Position numbers and translations under genes: made by a program. From assembly GCA_965215565.1 (NCBI GenBank), contig CBDCDZ010000004.1, positions 2,240,001-2,304,000 on the forward strand: DNA of 64,000 bases. Reading direction: 5' to 3'. Each line of letters starts with the position of its first letter. Within the stretch, counting starts at the first letter, position 1. The notes below the pieces were generated by a model. It saw only the letters and a program-made list of their open reading frames with translations. It was not told the DNA's origin and did no database searches. The DNA is from Trueperaceae bacterium (GTDB taxonomy: Bacteria; Deinococcota; Deinococci; Deinococcales; Trueperaceae). Shown here in pieces: positions 1-10,169 of this stretch.

Positions 1-891
1 CAGCTCGACTTAGAGGAGGCGCGCACCAGCTTGAGCGAGGCGCAAAACGGGGTGCGCTCGGCGCGTGACAACCTCACCGTGGGGCTCAACAACTTGGAGA
101 CGATTTTAGATAGAGAACTCGAGCCGAGCGACTTAGAACCCATTCCCGACGACTACCTCGTACAGATTCCGGTTCTACCCACCGTGCTCCAAGCGGCTGA
201 GGATCACCCGACGGTGGTGCAAGCGGAGCAGGGGCTCGAGCTGTCACAACTCAATACGGAACTGCTCGATCCCTCCTACGCCTCGCGCTCGCAGATCGAC
301 AGCGCCGGGACGGGCTTGACGAACGCCCGAGAAGGGCTCCAGGAGACCGAGCGCAGCTTCCGCATCCAGGCGCGCAACCTCTATAACGCGGCGGAGAGCG
401 CTCAGGAGACCTATCAGGTGCAGAGAGAGGCGCTGCGCAACGCCGACGAGCGGCTCGAGACCCAGCGTCAGCGTTTCGAGGGCGGACTCATCGCCCGCAT
501 CGAGCTGAGCCAGGCGGAGCTGTCCAACCTGCAAGCGGAGTTGCAAGCCTTGCAAGCCCGCTACGGCTACCTGACCTCTTTGCTGGACTTACAAGCAGGC
601 ACGATGGTCGCGTTGCCCGGTCCCGAAGCGCTCGACGCCCCGCCAACCGAGCCCATCGAAGCCGAGGCGAGCTTCGCGGCGGCGCAGGGTGCGACGGGGA
701 GCGCGCCGCCCGAGGACGGTTCAGCGCCCGGCTCGAGTTCGAGCAGTTCGGATACTAGCGGCTCAGCACAAGGTAGCGAAGTGCCGAGCCCAACAGATAG
801 CGAAGGTGAGTCCGCGGGTGAAGCGACTGGCGAAACGTCAGGTAGTGCGCCTGGTGGAGAGACCGGCGGCTCACAAGGAGGAAATCCGTGA
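1..891 (+). CDS. TolC-family outer membrane efflux protein (5' truncated by window edge)
   Basis: Frame open from base 1; helical OEP-like repeats (RQRFEGGLIARIELSQAEL); Ser/Gly-rich C-tail; overlaps the MFP start. Confidence 0.8.
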   Translation, partial: QLDLEEARTSLSEAQNGVRSARDNLTVGLNNLETILDRELEPSDLEPIPDDYLVQIPVLPTVLQAAEDHPTVVQAEQGLELSQLNTELLDPSYASRSQIDSAGTGLTNAREGLQETERSFRIQARNLYNAAESAQETYQVQREALRNADERLETQRQRFEGGLIARIELSQAELSNLQAELQALQARYGYLTSLLDLQAGTMVALPGPEALDAPPTEPIEAEASFAAAQGATGSAPPEDGSAPGSSSSSSDTSGSAQGSEVPSPTDSEGESAGEATGETSGSAPGGETGGSQGGNP

Positions 892-2141
892 ACGCCCCCA
901 AACGTTACCTCGCACTCGCACTCGCGCTTCTCCTCACCGCTTGCGGACCCGTGCAGGCGCAAAGTGATGCAGAGGGGAGCGATCAAACGCAGAACCAGTC
1001 TCAGGGCTCCCAATCTTCCAACGTCCGGCGCGTGCGCGTCCTCACCGCCGAACGCGGCGAGCTGACCACGCAGCGGAGCACGTCGGTCAATATCGAGCCG
1101 GGTAAGGAGAGCCAAATCGCCGCCGGGACCTCGGGGCAGGTGGCGAACATCGTCGCGCGCGAAGGGGCGCAAGTCAGGGAAGGCGATACGGTCATCCGGC
1201 TGGACGCGGAAACTGCGCAGCTTCAAGTCGAGAACGCCCGCACCGCCCTGCAGACGGCGCGCGTGAACTTACAGAGCGCCCAGAATTCGTCACAGGAGAG
1301 TACCGAGCAAGCCAGAGCCGCCCTAGACGCCGCGCGCACCAACTTGGAGCTGGCGCGGCAGCAGTACGAGGAGGGGCAGCAGCTCTTCAGCTCGGGCGGC
1401 ATCTCGCAGACGCAGCTCACGCAGTTCAGAGCGCAGTTGGAGCAGTCTCAAGCCTCCTTCCAGCAGGCGCAGGCGAACCTGTCGCAACTGGAGCGCGCGC
1501 CGAGCGAAAACTTGGAGTTGCAGCGCCTTCAGGTGCAGCAAGCGCAGAACCAACTCGCGCAGGCGGAGCGCGCCCTCAGCGACGCCACCATCACCGCGCC
1601 CTTCACAGGCGAAGTCGCCGACGTGTTAGTCGAGCAGGGCGAATTTATCGGCTCGGGCAGCCCCGCTTTTAGGTTGGTGAGCACCGAGGAGCAACTCGCT
1701 AGGTTCTCCGTGCCGCCGCAGGACGCCGGACCTCTCGCCGAGCAAGGGCTCGTCTACATCGACTATAACGGTTTGGATTACGGCGCGCAGATCATCCGCT
1801 CCTCGAGCGTCCCCGGCGAGTCGCGCTTGGTCAACGTCACCGCCCGCGTCTACCCTTCTGAGACGGAGATCCCTGTGGGCACAGTTGCGCAACTCAACTA
1901 TGAAATCACGCTCGCCGAGGGCGTCAAGCTCCCCTCGGGCGCGGTGCGCACCCAGAGTGGGCGGAGCTTCGTGCTCGCGCTCGAGGAGGGCGTGGCGCGT
2001 CAGCGGGAGGTGAGCGTCGCGGGTGAAGCGGGCGGCAGCGTAGTGGTGAACGGTTTAGAACCCGGCACGCGCATCGTCTATCCGCTCCCCGCCGACCTCC
2101 GCGACGGCACCAACGTCGAGATTATTGGAGACGCTCAGTGA
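888..2141 (+). CDS. RND efflux periplasmic adaptor (MFP), lipoprotein
   Basis: Lipobox LLTAC; lipoyl half-motifs (SGQVANIVAREGAQVREGD, ITAPFTGEV); long coiled coil. Confidence 0.9.
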   Translation: MNAPKRYLALALALLLTACGPVQAQSDAEGSDQTQNQSQGSQSSNVRRVRVLTAERGELTTQRSTSVNIEPGKESQIAAGTSGQVANIVAREGAQVREGDTVIRLDAETAQLQVENARTALQTARVNLQSAQNSSQESTEQARAALDAARTNLELARQQYEEGQQLFSSGGISQTQLTQFRAQLEQSQASFQQAQANLSQLERAPSENLELQRLQVQQAQNQLAQAERALSDATITAPFTGEVADVLVEQGEFIGSGSPAFRLVSTEEQLARFSVPPQDAGPLAEQGLVYIDYNGLDYGAQIIRSSSVPGESRLVNVTARVYPSETEIPVGTVAQLNYEITLAEGVKLPSGAVRTQSGRSFVLALEEGVARQREVSVAGEAGGSVVVNGLEPGTRIVYPLPADLRDGTNVEIIGDAQ

Positions 2142-5100
2142 AGAACCTGATTCAACTCTTCGTAACGCGCTTCGTCGCGTCCATCAGCATCTTCGGCGCG
2201 CTGGTGCTCTTCGGTCTCATCGCGTACTTCGAGCTGGGCATCGAGTTCTTCCCAGAAATCTCCATCCCCGTCGTCGCCGTCTCGACGCCTTACGCTGGCG
2301 CAGGACCTGAAGAGGTTGCCCAGGAGCTGACCGAGCCCATCGAGGACTCGCTCGCGACGCTGCCCGGCGTCAGCAGCATCACCTCGACCTCGTCCGAAGG
2401 CTTGAGCGTCGTCATCATCAACTTTAATAACAGCACGGATCAAGACCAGGCAGCGGTGGACGTGGGGCAGCGCCTCGACACTATCTTGAACAGCTTACCT
2501 AGTGACGCGGACGCGCCCATTGTCCAAAAGTTTGACCCGAGCGACGAGCCGATTTTAGACATCGCCGTCGCCGCCCCCGGCGTCTCGCTGACCGAGTTGC
2601 AGCGCTACGTGGACGACAACGTCACGCCCGCACTGCAGCGCGTTGAGGGCATTGCGGACGTGTCTTTAGTCGGCGAGATAGACCGGCAGTTTCAGGTGCT
2701 CTTAAACCCTGACCAACTCGGCTCGTACAACCTCTCGCCTGGTCAGGTCGTGAACGCGATTCGCGCCTCGGCGACGGATTTGCCCATCGGCAGCTTAGAC
2801 GTGTCGAACGGGCGCATCCTGCTGACCGGGCGCAACACGCCCGGCTCGTTAGAAGCGGTTGCCGCCATCCCCGTCGATTCGGCTAGAGGTGTGAGCGTCT
2901 CCGACGTCGCTACGGTGCGCGACAGCTCGCAAGACTTGGAGAGCTTTTCGCGCGTGAACGGCGAACAGGTCGTGCTTTTAGAAGCGCAGAAGACCTCGGG
3001 GGGCAACTCGGTAGCTGCCGCCAACAGGGTGGCGCAGGCGCTAGAAGACCTCGAGCTGCCCGAGGGTTACAGCGCCGAAGTCGTCACCGACACAACTGAA
3101 TTCACCGAGGCAGTCGTGAGCGATACCTTGGTTGAGATCGCTATCGCCGTCGCCGCCGTCGGGCTCACCATGCTCTTCTTCGTCGGGCGGCTCGGCACGC
3201 TCTTGGGCGTCATCTTGGCGATCCCCATCTCCATCACGGGTGCGTTCATCGCGTTTTTCTTCCTGGGTTTCACCTTCAACCTGATGACGCTTTTAGCCAT
3301 CACTGTGGCGGTGGGGCTCGTGGTGGACGACTCTATCGTCGTCGCCGAAAACATCGACCGCTACCGCGACAGGAACCCGCAAGAGGGCGTCGTGGTGGGC
3401 GCAGCGGAGGTCTCGACGCCTGTTTTGGCCTCGACGCTAGCGCTCTTGGCGGTCTTCTTGCCCATCTCCTTCTTGCCCGGCGTTATCGGCGACTTCTTCG
3501 CAACGTTCGGGCTCTCGATGGTCGCGATGATCGTCTTTTCGTACCTCGCGTCTATCTTCTTCCTGCCGATGCTCCTAGCGTACATCCCCAACCCGCTCCC
3601 ACCCGGCTGGCGCGATCTGCCGCGCGCGCTCGGCAAGGCCAAAAGTGACGCCTACTGGGGTCTCAACCTCTTTAAGCGCATCTGGTTCTGGGTGCTTATC
3701 GTCGGCGTCGCCGCGTTTCTCTACACGCAACTCGGACCCTTGTGGCTCCTCGCACTCCTCGCGGTGCCCTTTATCCTCGTCGCCGCGCGCTACCTCGGGC
3801 GGCTCGTCTCGTACCTCTTAGGCGCGGTGGCGCTCAGCGTGTACAGCTTCGGCGACGCGATCACCAACGTGACGCGGGACGCCTACGTGTCGTCGCTAGG
3901 GAGTGTGCTCGCGCGTCCCTGGACCGTGCTTGTCGTGGCTGCGCTCCTCTTTAGTACCCTGGTCTTCGTAGCGCCCCGCATCGGCTTTAACTTCACGCCG
4001 CCCGACGACTCGGGTCTACTCTCCGCGACGGTGGAACTGCCGTCAGGCGTCAATTTGGACGAGGGCAACGCGGTTGCCACGCGCGTCGAACGCGCCCTCT
4101 TGGATGATCCCCTCATCGAGACCTTGCAGGTGACGGTGGGCGCGTCGGACCAGAACGGCGTCTCGTCGGCGGGGCGCATCGCGCTAGGCATCCAACTCGT
4201 CGGCAAGGACGAGCGCACGCGCACCACGAACGAGTACGCGGTGGTATACCAAGGCCGCATAGAGGAGGCTCTCGCGAACGTTCCCGAGGCGGACATCAGC
4301 GTTCAGGCTGGCGACGCGGCCGGCGGACCGCCCCCTTCGGACGTGTACAACTTGACGCTCGCCTCGAACGACTTCGGGGCGCTGCAAGAGCGCGAACCCG
4401 AGATCATTCGCTACCTGGAGAGCCTGCCCTATCTGCGTAATGTGGGCTCGAGCTTGGAGTCCACCGTCAGCGAGCAGGTCTTCGTCCTCAATAACGCCCA
4501 ACTGACCGGCACCGGGCTGAGCGCCTCGGACGTCTACAGCACGCTACGCACCTACAACGTCGGTACGGAAGCCGCGCAAGTTCGCTCGGGCGGCGAAGAC
4601 ATCCCCATCCAAGTCCAGGTCAACCCGCGCTTCGTGCGCGACGAGCAGGCGCTCATCAGCTTGCCCATCTTCGCGCCGGGCTTGGAGTCGCGCGTCCCGA
4701 TCAACTCGCTCGGACGCTTTGAGAGCCGCGCCGCGCCCACCACCTTGAGCCGCTCGAATCAGACCTACTCCGTCAACTTCGAGGCGAACTTGACGACGAG
4801 CGCGCCCCCGCTCCTCACGGTGCGCACCGAGATCGAGGAGGGGCTGCGCCAAGAGGGTCTCATCGGCGACGCGGTCAATATAGGCGACAGCGGCGAACTC
4901 GACCTCGTCGGCGACCTCGCCAGAAACGGTCCTATCGCGTTCGGTTTGGCGCTGCTGCTGACCTACCTCGTCATCGCCACGCAGTTCAATTCGTTCAGGT
5001 TCCCCGTGTACCTCTTGCTCACCGTGCCCCTAGCGCTCATTGGCGTATTTTGGACCTTCCTCTTCACCGGTACCTCGTTCGACATCATCAGCGTATTGGG

Positions 5101-5530
5101 CGTGATCATGCTCATCGGTCTGGTGGTCAAAAATGCGATTTTGCTCCTCGACGTGCTCTTCGAGCAACTTCGCGAGGGGGAGGGCAGCTCGCTTAAAGAG
5201 GCGCTCATTGAGGCGGGGCGGCTGCGCTTTCGCCCCATCGTCATGACGGCTGTGACCGTGGTGATCATCAGCGCGCCGCTCCTCTTGGGTCTCGGTGAAG
5301 GCGCGGAGTTTCGCCGCCCACTCGGCCTGGTTATCTTAGCGGGCGTGCTGACCTCATCGCTCCTGACCTTCTACGTCGTGCCCGCCGCCTTTTACCAGTT
5401 CGAGCGCCGCAACTTCGAGCGGGGCGAGGGCGGCTCGGGCGAGGTTGCCGAAGCGGAGCGTCGGCGCGCGCCGACCGTCGTTGCGCCGCAGCGGACGCCC
5501 AGACCACAGACGGCGGAGAGTAAGTCGTAA
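2138..5530 (+). CDS. RND efflux permease (AcrB/AcrD/AcrF family)
   Basis: 1130 aa; GLVVDDSIVVAENI, GLVVKNAILL and RLRFRPIVMT motifs. Confidence 0.95.
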   Translation: MKNLIQLFVTRFVASISIFGALVLFGLIAYFELGIEFFPEISIPVVAVSTPYAGAGPEEVAQELTEPIEDSLATLPGVSSITSTSSEGLSVVIINFNNSTDQDQAAVDVGQRLDTILNSLPSDADAPIVQKFDPSDEPILDIAVAAPGVSLTELQRYVDDNVTPALQRVEGIADVSLVGEIDRQFQVLLNPDQLGSYNLSPGQVVNAIRASATDLPIGSLDVSNGRILLTGRNTPGSLEAVAAIPVDSARGVSVSDVATVRDSSQDLESFSRVNGEQVVLLEAQKTSGGNSVAAANRVAQALEDLELPEGYSAEVVTDTTEFTEAVVSDTLVEIAIAVAAVGLTMLFFVGRLGTLLGVILAIPISITGAFIAFFFLGFTFNLMTLLAITVAVGLVVDDSIVVAENIDRYRDRNPQEGVVVGAAEVSTPVLASTLALLAVFLPISFLPGVIGDFFATFGLSMVAMIVFSYLASIFFLPMLLAYIPNPLPPGWRDLPRALGKAKSDAYWGLNLFKRIWFWVLIVGVAAFLYTQLGPLWLLALLAVPFILVAARYLGRLVSYLLGAVALSVYSFGDAITNVTRDAYVSSLGSVLARPWTVLVVAALLFSTLVFVAPRIGFNFTPPDDSGLLSATVELPSGVNLDEGNAVATRVERALLDDPLIETLQVTVGASDQNGVSSAGRIALGIQLVGKDERTRTTNEYAVVYQGRIEEALANVPEADISVQAGDAAGGPPPSDVYNLTLASNDFGALQEREPEIIRYLESLPYLRNVGSSLESTVSEQVFVLNNAQLTGTGLSASDVYSTLRTYNVGTEAAQVRSGGEDIPIQVQVNPRFVRDEQALISLPIFAPGLESRVPINSLGRFESRAAPTTLSRSNQTYSVNFEANLTTSAPPLLTVRTEIEEGLRQEGLIGDAVNIGDSGELDLVGDLARNGPIAFGLALLLTYLVIATQFNSFRFPVYLLLTVPLALIGVFWTFLFTGTSFDIISVLGVIMLIGLVVKNAILLLDVLFEQLREGEGSSLKEALIEAGRLRFRPIVMTAVTVVIISAPLLLGLGEGAEFRRPLGLVILAGVLTSSLLTFYVVPAAFYQFERRNFERGEGGSGEVAEAERRRAPTVVAPQRTPRPQTAESKS

Positions 5531-5580
5531 TACGGATTCCAGTTGACTCGCCAGCATAACGAGTCAACTGGAATCCGCAT
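5530..5580. terminator. Long inverted repeat between convergent genes; terminator-like hairpin or miniature repeat
   Basis: ATACGGATTCCAGTTGACTCG / CGAGTCAACTGGAATCCGCAT, 20 of 21 bp paired, 9-nt loop; no U-tract. Confidence 0.6.
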
Positions 5581-5601
5581 CAGGACACCTCGAGGTACGC
5601 T

Positions 5602-6858
5602 TTAAGAATAACGAAGCTTTTGGTAATAGTGGCGCACTGTCTCGGGCAACAGCGCGCGTGCGATGCGTCTAGGCGTCAACTTGAGAAAGGCGGCGATCTG
5701 TTCATCCGAAGGGTAGTTGTCGGGCGAGAAGGACGTGTAGAGCACCTCGTAACGCGCCGCCGCCGCGTTCGCGTCGAGGTTCTCGAGCACGTAGCGCTTG
5801 CCGAACTCGCCCACTTGGGCGCGCAGCGCTTCATCCTCCAGCAGCTCGCGCAGCGCGTTCGTCAGCTCTGTGACGCTCTGACCATAAGGCTTTGCTTTCT
5901 CGAGATGCCTGCCTGCAAAGTTGTAAAAGGCAAGTTGCTCGGTGTCGTCGCGCCCTACCAAACCTGCGTACCCCAACTCGCCTAGTAGAACGACGGGCTT
6001 TTCGAAGAGCATCCCCTCAAACGCCGTGCGCCCTAAGCCCATGACGATGTCAGCCAAGCCGAGGTAGTCGGGCGCACGCGGGGCTTCGTCTTGGACGCTC
6101 ACCGCTAGCGTGGTGCCAGCGGCGCGGTTGATGTCGCTAAAACGCGCCCTAACCTCTTCAAAATCCTCGCGGTTCTCCGGCGGGACGTAACCAATATGTA
6201 CGAAACGCACGTCGTAACCCTCCTTGTGGAGTTGCGCGGCGGCGTCTGCGCCCTGAAGCAGCCCACCCTTGTATTTCCGGCTCACGCGGGCGATGCGCAG
6301 CAAGATCTTCGAAGAGGGCGGCAGGTTGTATTTTTCACGAAAGCGTCCATAGGAGGTTCCGTTATCGTCGCTCACGCGCTCTAGCATCGAAGTAAAGTCG
6401 AGGCGCGCCGGAATGACCTCGATGTCGCCCTCACGAAGTCCCGTCTTCTCGACCAACGCCGCCTTGACCTCATGGCTGAGCGAGATGATGGGCTTCATCT
6501 CCAGCGCCGTGCGCGGCGGTCTGCCGCCGCAAATCGTGTGAAAGACGGGGACGCCGAGCGCTTTGGCCGCTTTCGTTATTTCGGGCACGCCCCTCTTGTC
6601 GAAGGAGTGGACGACGTCTACCTCACCGCGCCCGTGCAGAGTATAGATGAGTTCTTCTAAAGCGGGGTACTGCCCCGCCCAACCCACCGAGATAGGGTGC
6701 ATCTTGAAGCCCGCCTCTTCGATGATGCGGGTGTTTGATCCCGCTACCACGGCAAAAGAGACCTCGTGTCCGCGCCTTTGTAGCGCCTGTGCGATGGTCG
6801 TGGCGGTGCGCGTGTGACCCGCTAGATTGCTATACATATCAACGAATAAAATTTTCAT
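5602..6858 (-). CDS. Glycosyltransferase family 4 (GT-B)
   Basis: MKILFVD...GH..TIAQALQRRGHEVSF N-terminus; GRTAFEGMLFEKPVV C-terminal motif. Confidence 0.85.
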   Translation of the reverse strand: MKILFVDMYSNLAGHTRTATTIAQALQRRGHEVSFAVVAGSNTRIIEEAGFKMHPISVGWAGQYPALEELIYTLHGRGEVDVVHSFDKRGVPEITKAAKALGVPVFHTICGGRPPRTALEMKPIISLSHEVKAALVEKTGLREGDIEVIPARLDFTSMLERVSDDNGTSYGRFREKYNLPPSSKILLRIARVSRKYKGGLLQGADAAAQLHKEGYDVRFVHIGYVPPENREDFEEVRARFSDINRAAGTTLAVSVQDEAPRAPDYLGLADIVMGLGRTAFEGMLFEKPVVLLGELGYAGLVGRDDTEQLAFYNFAGRHLEKAKPYGQSVTELTNALRELLEDEALRAQVGEFGKRYVLENLDANAAAARYEVLYTSFSPDNYPSDEQIAAFLKLTPRRIARALLPETVRHYYQKLRYS

Positions 6859-6876
6859 GACCTTCTCCGTAACCCT

Positions 6877-7083
6877 TAGCAGGTCTCAGCCGTTAGGCTA
6901 GCTGGACCTCATCTGGTTTGAGTGTACGTAAGTTTTGCAAAGCAGCACTCTCACTGTAAAAAACATTGATGAGCACTCACTTTCGGAGATGAAATCCCGC
7001 TCTCAAGCGAAGCTATCTCGCTAGGCTTCGCCCTGCGAGCTGAGAACTGCGGCAATCTGTCTCAGTAAGTCTTGGAAGTGCTA
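6877..7083 (+). mobile_element. MITE-like repeat, family A (degenerate copy with hairpin inserts)
   Basis: Begins TAGCAGGT; contains TCATCTGGTTTGAG and CACTCTCACTGTAAAAAACA, matching the copies at 14661 and 57529. Confidence 0.6.
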
Positions 7084-7283
7084 CCTCTATCCTTTATAGC
7101 GCTAAATATGCAAGCCTGGCTAGCTGTGCCCCCTCTTAGGCTGAGCGACGAACTTTTTAAGAAGTCGCTATTTCCACTACCCGCCGGAATCCTTGACCAT
7201 TCTACTCGCTGGAGCGTCTTTAAGCGGGCGTCGCTAGAGCGTAGAACAGAGTTGCGTACGCTCAACTGCTTGCAAGCGTTTGT

Positions 7284-8546
7284 CTAACCTGAGTAGTGGC
7301 GGAGCCTGTGCAGGTAGTGGTGCACCTTGCCGGGGGTCAACGCTTTTGCCACGCGCCTAGGTGTGAGCTTGAGGTGCGCCGCGAGCTGCTTGTCGGAAGG
7401 GTAGTTTTCGGGGACGAAGGACGTGTAGAGCGCCTCGTAACGCTCCGCCGCTATGTTCGCGTCGAGATTTTTCAGCACGTAAGCGCGGCCGAACTCGCCG
7501 ACGCGGACGCGCAAGGCTTCGTCCTCGAGCAGCTCGCGCAGCGTGCTCTTGAGTTCGCCGACGCTCTGCTCGTAAGGCTTCGCCTCTTTAAGGTGCCGCC
7601 CCGAAAAATTGTAAAAGGCGAGCGGCTCGGTGTCGTCGCGCCCTATCAAACCCGCGAAACCCGCCTTGCCGATGATGAGCGTAGGTTTTTCAAAGAGCAT
7701 CCCTTCGAAGACCGTACGGCCCATTCCGACGACGACGTCAGCCATGCTCAAGTAGTCGGGCGCGTGTGGCGCTTCGTCTTGGGCGCTCACAGCGAGCGTC
7801 GTGCCTGCGGCGCGGTTTATCGCCTCAAACTGCGCCTTGACCTCCTCTAAGTTCGCTTCATCGTCTGAAGGGACGAACCCGATGTGAACAAAGCGCACGT
7901 CGTAACCCTCTTCGTAGAGCCGCGCCACAGCGTCTGCGCTTTGCAGGACGCCCTTGGTGTACTTCGTCGAGAGGCGGGCGATGCGCAAGACGATTTTCGA
8001 GGTCGGCGGCAAGCCGTACTTCTCGCGAAAGCGCCGCTGCGCCGCGCCACTACTGTCCTCGGCGCGGCGCAGCAGCGCCTGGGCGTCGATACGAGCGGGG
8101 ATTACCTCGATCTCATCTTCACGAAAGCCGCTTCGCCCTAGCAAGTCGTGCTTGATCTCGTGGCTAAGCGAGATGAGCGGCTTTAGCTCCAACACTCCCT
8201 GGGGCGTTTTGCCGCCACAAATCGTCCGAAATACGGGTAGGCGCAGCGTTTTAGCTGCCTTGACCGTCTCGGGCAGACACCTCGTATTAAACGAATGAAC
8301 GACGTCCACCTCGCCGCGCCCGTGCAGGTCACTGATGACCCTCTCCATATCGGGGCAGCGCCCTGCCCAGCGCACGGGAACGCGGTAAATGGGCAACCGA
8401 GCAGCTTCGATAACGTCCGCTCTCGAGCCCTCAGCGACGACGAAAGAAACGCGGTGTCCGCGCCGCTCTAAAGCTTGGGCGATAGTGGTGGCGGTGCGGG
8501 TATGACCTGCAATATCCGCCAACATGTCAACGAACAAAATCTTCAT
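7284..8546 (-). CDS. Glycosyltransferase family 4, paralog of 5602..6858
   Basis: Colinear and highly similar to 5602..6858 (AGHTRTATTIAQAL, QDEAP, LAFYNF). Confidence 0.85.
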   Translation of the reverse strand: MKILFVDMLADIAGHTRTATTIAQALERRGHRVSFVVAEGSRADVIEAARLPIYRVPVRWAGRCPDMERVISDLHGRGEVDVVHSFNTRCLPETVKAAKTLRLPVFRTICGGKTPQGVLELKPLISLSHEIKHDLLGRSGFREDEIEVIPARIDAQALLRRAEDSSGAAQRRFREKYGLPPTSKIVLRIARLSTKYTKGVLQSADAVARLYEEGYDVRFVHIGFVPSDDEANLEEVKAQFEAINRAAGTTLAVSAQDEAPHAPDYLSMADVVVGMGRTVFEGMLFEKPTLIIGKAGFAGLIGRDDTEPLAFYNFSGRHLKEAKPYEQSVGELKSTLRELLEDEALRVRVGEFGRAYVLKNLDANIAAERYEALYTSFVPENYPSDKQLAAHLKLTPRRVAKALTPGKVHHYLHRLRHYSG

Positions 8547-8570
8547 GTGTTCTCCTACGTTAGTGCTACG

Positions 8571-9908
8571 TTAGTGCCCTCGCCCGCCCACTTTTGCGGT
8601 GAGTCTATCCGTGAGCTTACCCAAGAAGTCGAAGTCGCTCCGCCGGTACCGCAAGAGGTCGCCTAAGGGCAAGTCAACTGCCTTTGAGTAAACCAGTACG
8701 AATACCAGCGCCGAGAGCGAATAGCTGAGCGTCGAAGCGATCGCCGCGCCGTTCGCCGCATACTGAGGGATGAGTAGCACGTTGAGCACGATGTTAAAGA
8801 GCACCGCCGGACCCGCGACGTAAAGCGCTAGCCAGGGACGCCCTTTGCTCACCAAGTCCATATTGAGTACTTTGAACGCTGTGAACGCGACGATGCCGGG
8901 CAAGAGAAGTCTGGTCACAAGCACGCTAGGCGTAAAGTCTTGACCGTAAACGAGCGGAATAAAATACCCGACGACGACGAATAATCCGGCGCTGCCCACC
9001 AGCGCAACAACGAACGTTACGCGCATCAGCTTAGCAACGTTGCGCGTGAACGCTTTGGGGTCTTTTGCGTTGGCACCTTTTGAAAAGAGCACCGCGCTGA
9101 GCGCGGCGGGCAGTTGCCACAGCAGCTCGGCTAAGCTCACCCCCTGGGTGTACTGCCCCACCTCAGTCTTCGTGCTGAGCTGCTGCAAGATCACGATATC
9201 AACCTTGTAGTTGAGCCCCAACACGAAAAGTGCGGCGGCGTAGACGACGCCTAAACTCAGCATCTGCCGCGCTACATTGGGTATGAACTTCGCTTTGAGC
9301 GAAGCGTGCCTCGAAATCAGCCAGAGCGAATAGAGCGCTAAGGAGGCGCTAGCGATGGTGCCCGCGACGAGCGCGCCCGTAACGTAGAGCCCCGCTAAAC
9401 CGACGAGCAGCAAAATAGCGACGAGCCTAACGAACGCGATGAGCCAACTCGTGAAGGAGAAGCGCTGTATCTGCTCCTTGCCCAGAAAGATGCCCGAAGA
9501 GTACGAGTTGACGAGGCTCGTAGGGATCGTCGAGAGCGCGAGCACGATGAGCGGCAGCGTGAAGTTGGGGTCGTTGACGAAATAGTAGACGCACGCGCCA
9601 ACTGCGAGGCTCAGCGCCGAAGAGACCCACACGAAAAACATCGTGACCGAGATGACGTCCGCCTCGGAATGCTCCTTTTTGCCGAGCTGATAGACCGTTG
9701 CCTGCCGGATGCCCAAGTTCGCCAAGCTCGTGATCAGCGAGGGGAACACGAGAATCGCCGCGTAGATACCCTTACCTTCTGGTCCTAAAAAACGCGCTAG
9801 GGCGACACCTGTAGCGAAGGTCAGCGCGAGCATGACAAAGCGGCTTTTCATGACGCTGAGGGCGTCGCGGATGAAACTCCGCTTCGCGGGAGCAGCGCTA
9901 GAAGACAT
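8571..9908 (-). CDS. Polysaccharide flippase (Wzx/MOP family)
   Basis: LARFLGPEGKGIY motif; ~12-14 TM segments; LLIPQYAANGAAIA. Confidence 0.9.
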   Translation of the reverse strand: MSSSAAPAKRSFIRDALSVMKSRFVMLALTFATGVALARFLGPEGKGIYAAILVFPSLITSLANLGIRQATVYQLGKKEHSEADVISVTMFFVWVSSALSLAVGACVYYFVNDPNFTLPLIVLALSTIPTSLVNSYSSGIFLGKEQIQRFSFTSWLIAFVRLVAILLLVGLAGLYVTGALVAGTIASASLALYSLWLISRHASLKAKFIPNVARQMLSLGVVYAAALFVLGLNYKVDIVILQQLSTKTEVGQYTQGVSLAELLWQLPAALSAVLFSKGANAKDPKAFTRNVAKLMRVTFVVALVGSAGLFVVVGYFIPLVYGQDFTPSVLVTRLLLPGIVAFTAFKVLNMDLVSKGRPWLALYVAGPAVLFNIVLNVLLIPQYAANGAAIASTLSYSLSALVFVLVYSKAVDLPLGDLLRYRRSDFDFLGKLTDRLTAKVGGRGH

Positions 9909-10169
9909 GCGCCGTCCTCACTACTTTCATCTGCTTATTTTCGCGCCGCCCTATCCGTAGTTGTGTTGACACGCTGCTCCTTACCTAAGTACCTTTCACG
10001 TACCGCCAAGTATCTTAGCAGGTGCGCGCGCGTGACTGCAGAGATATATCACAGAGACGCGCCAGAGATGCAGTGCAAAAATTACGGCGGATCGGCTCAG
10101 AAGAGGGTGTTGGCATTCTCACGCCGATAACCCGGACGCGGGAGGTGTGACGAGCAGTGTCGCGCGGGC

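Noticed and set aside
7062..7287. Short ORFs between the GT4 paralogs
   Set aside because: No motifs or SD; they overlap repeat-derived intergenic DNA.
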